Positions 60,484 to 64,000 of a DNA stretch of 64,000 bases are shown here, piece by piece. The DNA is taken from positions 215,755 to 279,754 of the forward strand of contig CAKOVU010000001.1 of the NCBI GenBank assembly GCA_934122115.1, given 5' to 3'. The notes below the pieces were generated by a model that was not told where the DNA came from, did no database searches, and saw only the letters and a list, made by a program, of their open reading frames with translations. Source of the stretch: an uncultured Clostridia bacterium. Its GTDB lineage: Bacteria; Bacillota; Clostridia; TANB77; CAG-508. A program made the position numbers and the translations under genes. Numbering within the stretch: the stretch's first letter is position 1; every line of letters starts with the position of its first letter.

Positions 60484-62025
60484 ATGGATTATGTAATCGG
60501 TATCGCCATTTTTCTAGTCTCAGCAGTGATTTTTACCTTTGTTGGTATTACAATAAGAAAGAAAATAGCAGAGTCTAAAATAGACAGCGCAGAAAACGAA
60601 GCTAAAAAGATAATAGAACTAGCACAAAAAGAAGCAGAAAGTAAAAGAAAAGAAGAGATTTTAAAAGCAAAAGAAGAAATTATAAATGCTAGGAAAGAAT
60701 TGGATAATGAGGTTAGAGAAAGAAGAGGCGAGGTTCAAAATCAGGAAAGAAGATTAATTCAAAAAGAGGAAAACCTAGAACGCAAAATAGCTCAAATGGA
60801 TAACAAAGAAAGAGAATTCGAAAAGAAAGAAAAAGATTTGGAAAATAGAAGAGGAGAGCTAGAAAATGTAATAAACAGGCAAATGGAAGAGCTACAAAGG
60901 GTTTCAGGATTATCTAAGGAAGCAGCTAAAGAGCAATTGTTAAAAGAGATGGACAAGCAATTAACAATTGAAAAAGCAAATCTTATAAAATCAGCAGATG
61001 AGAAGGCAAAAGAAATGGCTACTAAAAACGCCAAAGAAATAATAGGATATGCAATTCAAAAATGTGCTGCAGACCATACATCAGAAACAACAGTATCTAT
61101 TGTTACACTACCAAATGACGAAATGAAAGGTAGAATAATAGGTAGAGAAGGAAGGAACATTCGTACATTAGAAACATTAACAGGAGTTGATTTGATAATA
61201 GACGATACACCTGAAGCGGTTGTAATTTCTGGATTTGATGCATTAAGAAGAGAAGTAGCAAGGATAGCTCTTGAAAAATTAATGGATGATGGAAGAATCC
61301 ATCCAGCCAAAATTGAAGAAATGGTTGAGAAAGCTAAAGAAGAAGTAGCTCAAACCATTAAAGAAGAAGGCGAAAGAGCTTGTATAGAAACAGGAGTAAT
61401 AGGTTTACATCCAGACTTAGTTAATTTAATTGGAAAATTAAAATACAGAACAAGTTATGGACAAAATGTTTTAAACCACTCAATAGAAGTATCAAATCTA
61501 GCAAGAATAATGGCAGAAGAGCTAGGATTAGATCCTAAAATAGCAAGACGTGCTGGACTATTACACGATATAGGAAAAGCACTAGACCACGATATGGAAG
61601 GAACACACGTACAAATAGGTGTTGAAGTTTTGAAAAAATACAAAGAAAATCCACTTGTAATAAATGCAGTAGAAGCACATCATGGAGATGTTGAGCCACA
61701 AACAATAGAAGCTGTATTAGTACAAGCAGCAGATGCAATATCAGCTTCAAGACCAGGAGCAAGACGTGAAACACTTGAAAATTACATTAAGCGTTTAGAA
61801 AAACTTGAAGAAATAGCAACATCATTTGATGGAGTTGATAAATCTTATGCAATTCAGGCTGGACGTGAAGTTAGAATAATCGTAAAACCAGAAAAAATAT
61901 CTGATGCTCAAATGACAATTTTAGCAAGAGATGTTTCTAAAAAGGTTGAAGAAGAAATGGAATATCCAGGACAAATAAAAGTAAATATTATAAGAGAAAC
62001 ACGTGTTGTAGATTACGCAAAATAA
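60484..62025 (+). CDS. rny: Ribonuclease Y
   Basis: N-terminal TM, coiled coil, KH domain, HD domain (LLHDIGKA). Confidence 0.9.
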   Translation: MDYVIGIAIFLVSAVIFTFVGITIRKKIAESKIDSAENEAKKIIELAQKEAESKRKEEILKAKEEIINARKELDNEVRERRGEVQNQERRLIQKEENLERKIAQMDNKEREFEKKEKDLENRRGELENVINRQMEELQRVSGLSKEAAKEQLLKEMDKQLTIEKANLIKSADEKAKEMATKNAKEIIGYAIQKCAADHTSETTVSIVTLPNDEMKGRIIGREGRNIRTLETLTGVDLIIDDTPEAVVISGFDALRREVARIALEKLMDDGRIHPAKIEEMVEKAKEEVAQTIKEEGERACIETGVIGLHPDLVNLIGKLKYRTSYGQNVLNHSIEVSNLARIMAEELGLDPKIARRAGLLHDIGKALDHDMEGTHVQIGVEVLKKYKENPLVINAVEAHHGDVEPQTIEAVLVQAADAISASRPGARRETLENYIKRLEKLEEIATSFDGVDKSYAIQAGREVRIIVKPEKISDAQMTILARDVSKKVEEEMEYPGQIKVNIIRETRVVDYAK

Positions 62026-62029
62026 AGAA

Positions 62030-62072
62030 AATCTTCATTTAGTAGAAATACTAGATGAAGATTTTTTGTATT
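62030..62072 (+). terminator. Terminator (aatcttcatttag...ctagatgaagatt plus T-run)
   Basis: Seen directly. Confidence 0.65.
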
Positions 62073-62170
62073 TAAATTGTAATAAAAAAGTAATGAAAAT
62101 GTAACTAAAATTAAAGAAAAATATTGTATAATAAAATTGTGTTATAATATACAATATTGGAGAAGAATGT

Positions 62171-63196
62171 ATGAACATATTGAAAGAACTTGAAAAAATA
62201 GGTATCACTCCAGGAGAAAAAATAACAGTAGAAGAAAAAAACTATATAGCAAAAACAGCGGCAAATCAATTGTCGGAAAGTATGCACGAGTTAGGTGATA
62301 ATTACAATGAAATATATATGAGATTATTTAATTGCGATATTTACCGAGCCCAGGTGGATAGCAAATTTAATGGAGTGTTTTATTATTATAAAAATAATGC
62401 AATATATGTGGATTATGCTAAAAACATAAAAGAAATGGACGACTATATAATCCATGAATTAATACATTATTTGCAAAACTTTAATCACGTAAGCAAAGAA
62501 GATAAAAGAGCAGGACTATGCCAATTTTTAGAATTTAAAATCTTTGGACTAGGTTTAAATGAGGCAATAGTGCAGTATCTAACTGCTAAAGCTCAATTTA
62601 AGAAGGCACATAGGGTAAGCAATGATAGGGTAACAATAGTTACAAATAGTGAAGAGTACTACAAATACATTACTAGCTTGGCAATACAAATATTGTTTTT
62701 GATAGGAGAAAGCAAAGCTATAGATAGTTGCATAAATAGCAATGATAATTTTGAAAATGAATTATATAATACGTTTGAAGAAAATACAGAGAAAATATTA
62801 AAAAACTTTGACTTGATTTTAGATGAGAACAATAAAACTGTTGATAAGAATGAAGACAGAATAACTGATATATATATGGAAACTCAAGAGCTTATTTACA
62901 AAACATATTTTGAAAACATGTATAAAAGAGTAGAAACAATAAAAGAACTTGATGAGCAAGTTCAAAAGTTAGAAGACTATGAAACGATAATAGGAAAAGA
63001 ACTTAACACTTCAATTGAAGAAGATAATTTTTTAGCATTCAAAAAAGAAATGAGTAGTAAATTCTTGAACAAATATATTAAGATAAACAGGGAAAGAACT
63101 GGTAATAGTCTTGCAGTAATATATAGAAATGCAATATATAATATATGGAGAAAAATCCAAAATTTCATACAAACTAAAATAATAAGAACAAAATAA
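62171..63196 (+). CDS. Hypothetical protein with an HExxH zinc-metallopeptidase-like motif (IIHELIHYLQ)
   Basis: Single HExxH; family not recognised. Confidence 0.4.
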   Translation: MNILKELEKIGITPGEKITVEEKNYIAKTAANQLSESMHELGDNYNEIYMRLFNCDIYRAQVDSKFNGVFYYYKNNAIYVDYAKNIKEMDDYIIHELIHYLQNFNHVSKEDKRAGLCQFLEFKIFGLGLNEAIVQYLTAKAQFKKAHRVSNDRVTIVTNSEEYYKYITSLAIQILFLIGESKAIDSCINSNDNFENELYNTFEENTEKILKNFDLILDENNKTVDKNEDRITDIYMETQELIYKTYFENMYKRVETIKELDEQVQKLEDYETIIGKELNTSIEEDNFLAFKKEMSSKFLNKYIKINRERTGNSLAVIYRNAIYNIWRKIQNFIQTKIIRTK

Positions 63197-63199
63197 AAT

Positions 63200-63228
63200 G
63201 AGGTACAGCAACATGCTGTACCTTTTAA
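63200..63228. terminator. Bidirectional terminator (ggtacagcaacatgctgtacc plus T-run)
   Basis: Seen directly. Confidence 0.6.
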
Positions 63229-63232
63229 TATT

Positions 63233-63550
63233 TTATAAAAAGAATTTTAAAAAGTTAAGAGTAAAAATTGAAAGAACAATTTTCCAAGTACTTTTTAAAG
63301 TCTTTAAAACTACATTCTTTGCGATTACTAGATTGTAATCTTTTTTTACTGTTAAAGCCAAACAATTTGATATATCATTATTTGAATCTTCTATGTTATT
63401 TTCTACATTAATATCTGATTCAGTAGAAACTTCTATATTGGTTGAATCGGTGTTTACATTTGTTTCTTCTAAATTTATATTTGTTTCGTTTAATTCTATT
63501 TGTTGCTCAGATTCTAAATTATTCGTGTTTTTCTCTCTTAAATCTACCAT
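63233..63550 (-). CDS. Hypothetical acidic, low-complexity protein (E/N/T-rich) with a C-terminal hydrophobic segment
   Basis: ORF with plausible start; low confidence. Confidence 0.3.
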   Translation of the reverse strand: MVDLREKNTNNLESEQQIELNETNINLEETNVNTDSTNIEVSTESDINVENNIEDSNNDISNCLALTVKKDYNLVIAKNVVLKTLKSTWKIVLSIFTLNFLKFFL

Positions 63551-63835
63551 AAATTGGAATCCTTCCTTAGTTAAAATACTTAATTTACGTAAATTATAAC
63601 ATAGTGCGATTAAAAGTCAACAAAAATAACAGAAAAGTCGAAAAAAATCATATAAAAGATTTACAATAATGTAAAAATATATTGAAAATTGGGAAAAAAT
63701 GTGGTATAAGAATAGTGTATTTTGTTTTACAATTATTAACATATTTTTCCAAATAAGGAGTATTCTGGATTATCTGGAATATCATGTTAATAAGAGCACA
63801 TTAAATAATAAAGTTTATTTTTAAAGGGGGTAAAC

Positions 63836-64000
63836 ATGAGAAGTGCAACAATTAAGTTAATAGCATGCATAATGGTTATTGTAATGCTGTTATTAGTTAC
63901 GGGAATGCCAGCAAAGGCAAATACAAATGAAGAAAATATAATTTTGAAAAAAGGTGAACAGGAATTTTTAATTTACTACAAAGATATTTGTAAGCAAGAA
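63836..64000 (+). CDS. Secreted protein, 5' partial (runs off the window)
   Basis: AAAGGGGG RBS; signal peptide MRSATIKLIACIMVIVMLLLVTGMPAKA. Confidence 0.4.
   Translation, partial: MRSATIKLIACIMVIVMLLLVTGMPAKANTNEENIILKKGEQEFLIYYKDICKQE

Overview
This 64-kb window is AT-rich (about 28 % GC) and looks like Clostridia chromosome, judging from its sporulation and housekeeping genes.

The core is ordinary and mostly co-directional on the + strand.
- Translation, RNA and DNA housekeeping: efp, a tmRNA (ssrA), tRNA-Trp, a tRNA-Val/Asp/Phe operon, a split transketolase, rny, a beta-CASP RNase, cdaA-truA, ftsK and mutS2.
- Division, cell wall and sporulation: ftsEX with two coiled-coil M23 peptidases and an S41 protease, the spoIIAA-spoIIAB-sigF operon, spoIID and a SpoIIQ-like M23 protein, plus a prepilin peptidase.

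Three unusual elements sit inside this core.

(1) A five-member paralogous family of proteins with a type IV pilin-like N-terminus (class III signal peptide). The N-terminus is fused to a large extracellular domain. One member carries a BspA-type leucine-rich-repeat domain. The other four carry a formylglycine-generating-enzyme (FGE/SUMF1, C-type-lectin-fold) domain.

(2) Three of these genes are each preceded by a near-identical invertible DNA switch of about 200 bp.
- The switch ends are 25-bp recombinase-type core sites in inverted orientation (9-bp arms flanking an asymmetric 7-bp spacer).
- Each switch holds a perfectly conserved TTGAAA-17-TGnTATAAT promoter.
- In this assembly all three promoters point away from the pilin gene, i.e. 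all three switches are OFF.
- A fourth, solo site is a decayed copy.
- One switch and its pilin gene sit immediately downstream of ssrA.

(3) Remnants of a diversity-generating retroelement (DGR) lie next to two family members.
- There is a clear Avd homologue.
- The 3' end of one pilin-FGE gene is a GC-rich, A-poor variable-region-like segment, exactly over the canonical FGE 'RGG...GFR' tail, followed by a perfect hairpin.
- A small protein with a MutS-domain-I-like fold sits between that gene and avd. A truncated paralogue of it lies after a second pilin-FGE gene.
- No reverse transcriptase or template repeat is present in the window.

Further observations:
- A Tad/Flp-like pilus locus (CpaB, two degenerate MinD-like proteins, a CpaF-type ATPase, a TadB/C membrane protein). 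It is followed by six small proteins that share an unusual MENA(S/T)KAL N-terminus.
- Four apparent frameshifts: in sigF, the LRR pilin gene, one pilin-FGE C-terminus, and an AlbA_2/HATPase_c_4 regulator.
- Several repeat and hairpin elements.
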